Positions 63,763-64,000 of a stretch of DNA of 64,000 bases are shown one piece after another. The notes under the pieces are model-generated. The model was not told where the DNA came from and made no database searches. It saw only the letters and a list, made by a program, of their open reading frames with translations. Location: assembly GCA_963819815.1 (NCBI GenBank), contig CAWFXL010000001.1:800001-864000 (forward strand), in the 5' to 3' direction. Position 1 is the stretch's first letter. Every line of letters begins with the position of its first letter. The translations under genes were made by a program, and so were the position numbers. The DNA is from an uncultured bacterium (GTDB lineage Bacteria > Babelota > Babeliae > Babelales > Babelaceae).

Positions 63763-64000
63763 ATGCATTGCAACTATCATTGTAATGTGATCTAGCAAAC
63801 TTCTTTTAGACTAAGAAATGTACAATGCAGTACTATTGTTATTGCTAAGCATCTAACAATAGTACTGCAGACACCTGATGTGATCGCAAAGTCGCTCGAT
63901 CAATTGCACACAAAGGCATCACCTTTCTAAAGGTGGTACGTCGAACCTTTTTTGATGGAGGAAACATCAAAAAAGGTCCAAAAACGATGCCAGCACCATC

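Overview
Bacterial chromosomal window. By inference it comes from an intracellular protist symbiont or parasite resembling Candidatus Dependentiae/Babelota (TM6), based on ankyrin expansions, many signal-peptide proteins and host-salvage genes. It holds a complete minus-strand rRNA operon (16S, tRNA-Ile, tRNA-Ala, 23S, 5S), four more tRNAs and housekeeping genes (gmk, prfB, tgt, mraY, ilvE-like). It also holds an AbiE type IV toxin-antitoxin pair and many tandemly duplicated, probably secreted proteins. The main unexplained items are: (1) a tandem array of eight HEPN/HI0074-like helical proteins lacking the RxxxxH motif, organised as translationally coupled A/B pairs and starting about 20 nt after the 5S terminator; (2) an unannotated leaderless Tyr-rich leader peptide with full attenuator architecture upstream of an aminotransferase plus ABC importer; (3) two phased 33-bp-period arrays of an 18-bp motif flanking an AAA/DUF4143 ATPase; (4) a DUF3419/BtaA-like transferase fused to a heme-oxygenase-like diiron domain, next to a GNAT gene; (5) a pentameric ligand-gated ion channel homolog coupled to a pseudo-phosphatase; (6) eukaryote-like secreted PP2C and ATAD3-like proteins. 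Family calls come from reading motifs by eye, with no database search. Several single-base frameshifts may be assembly errors.
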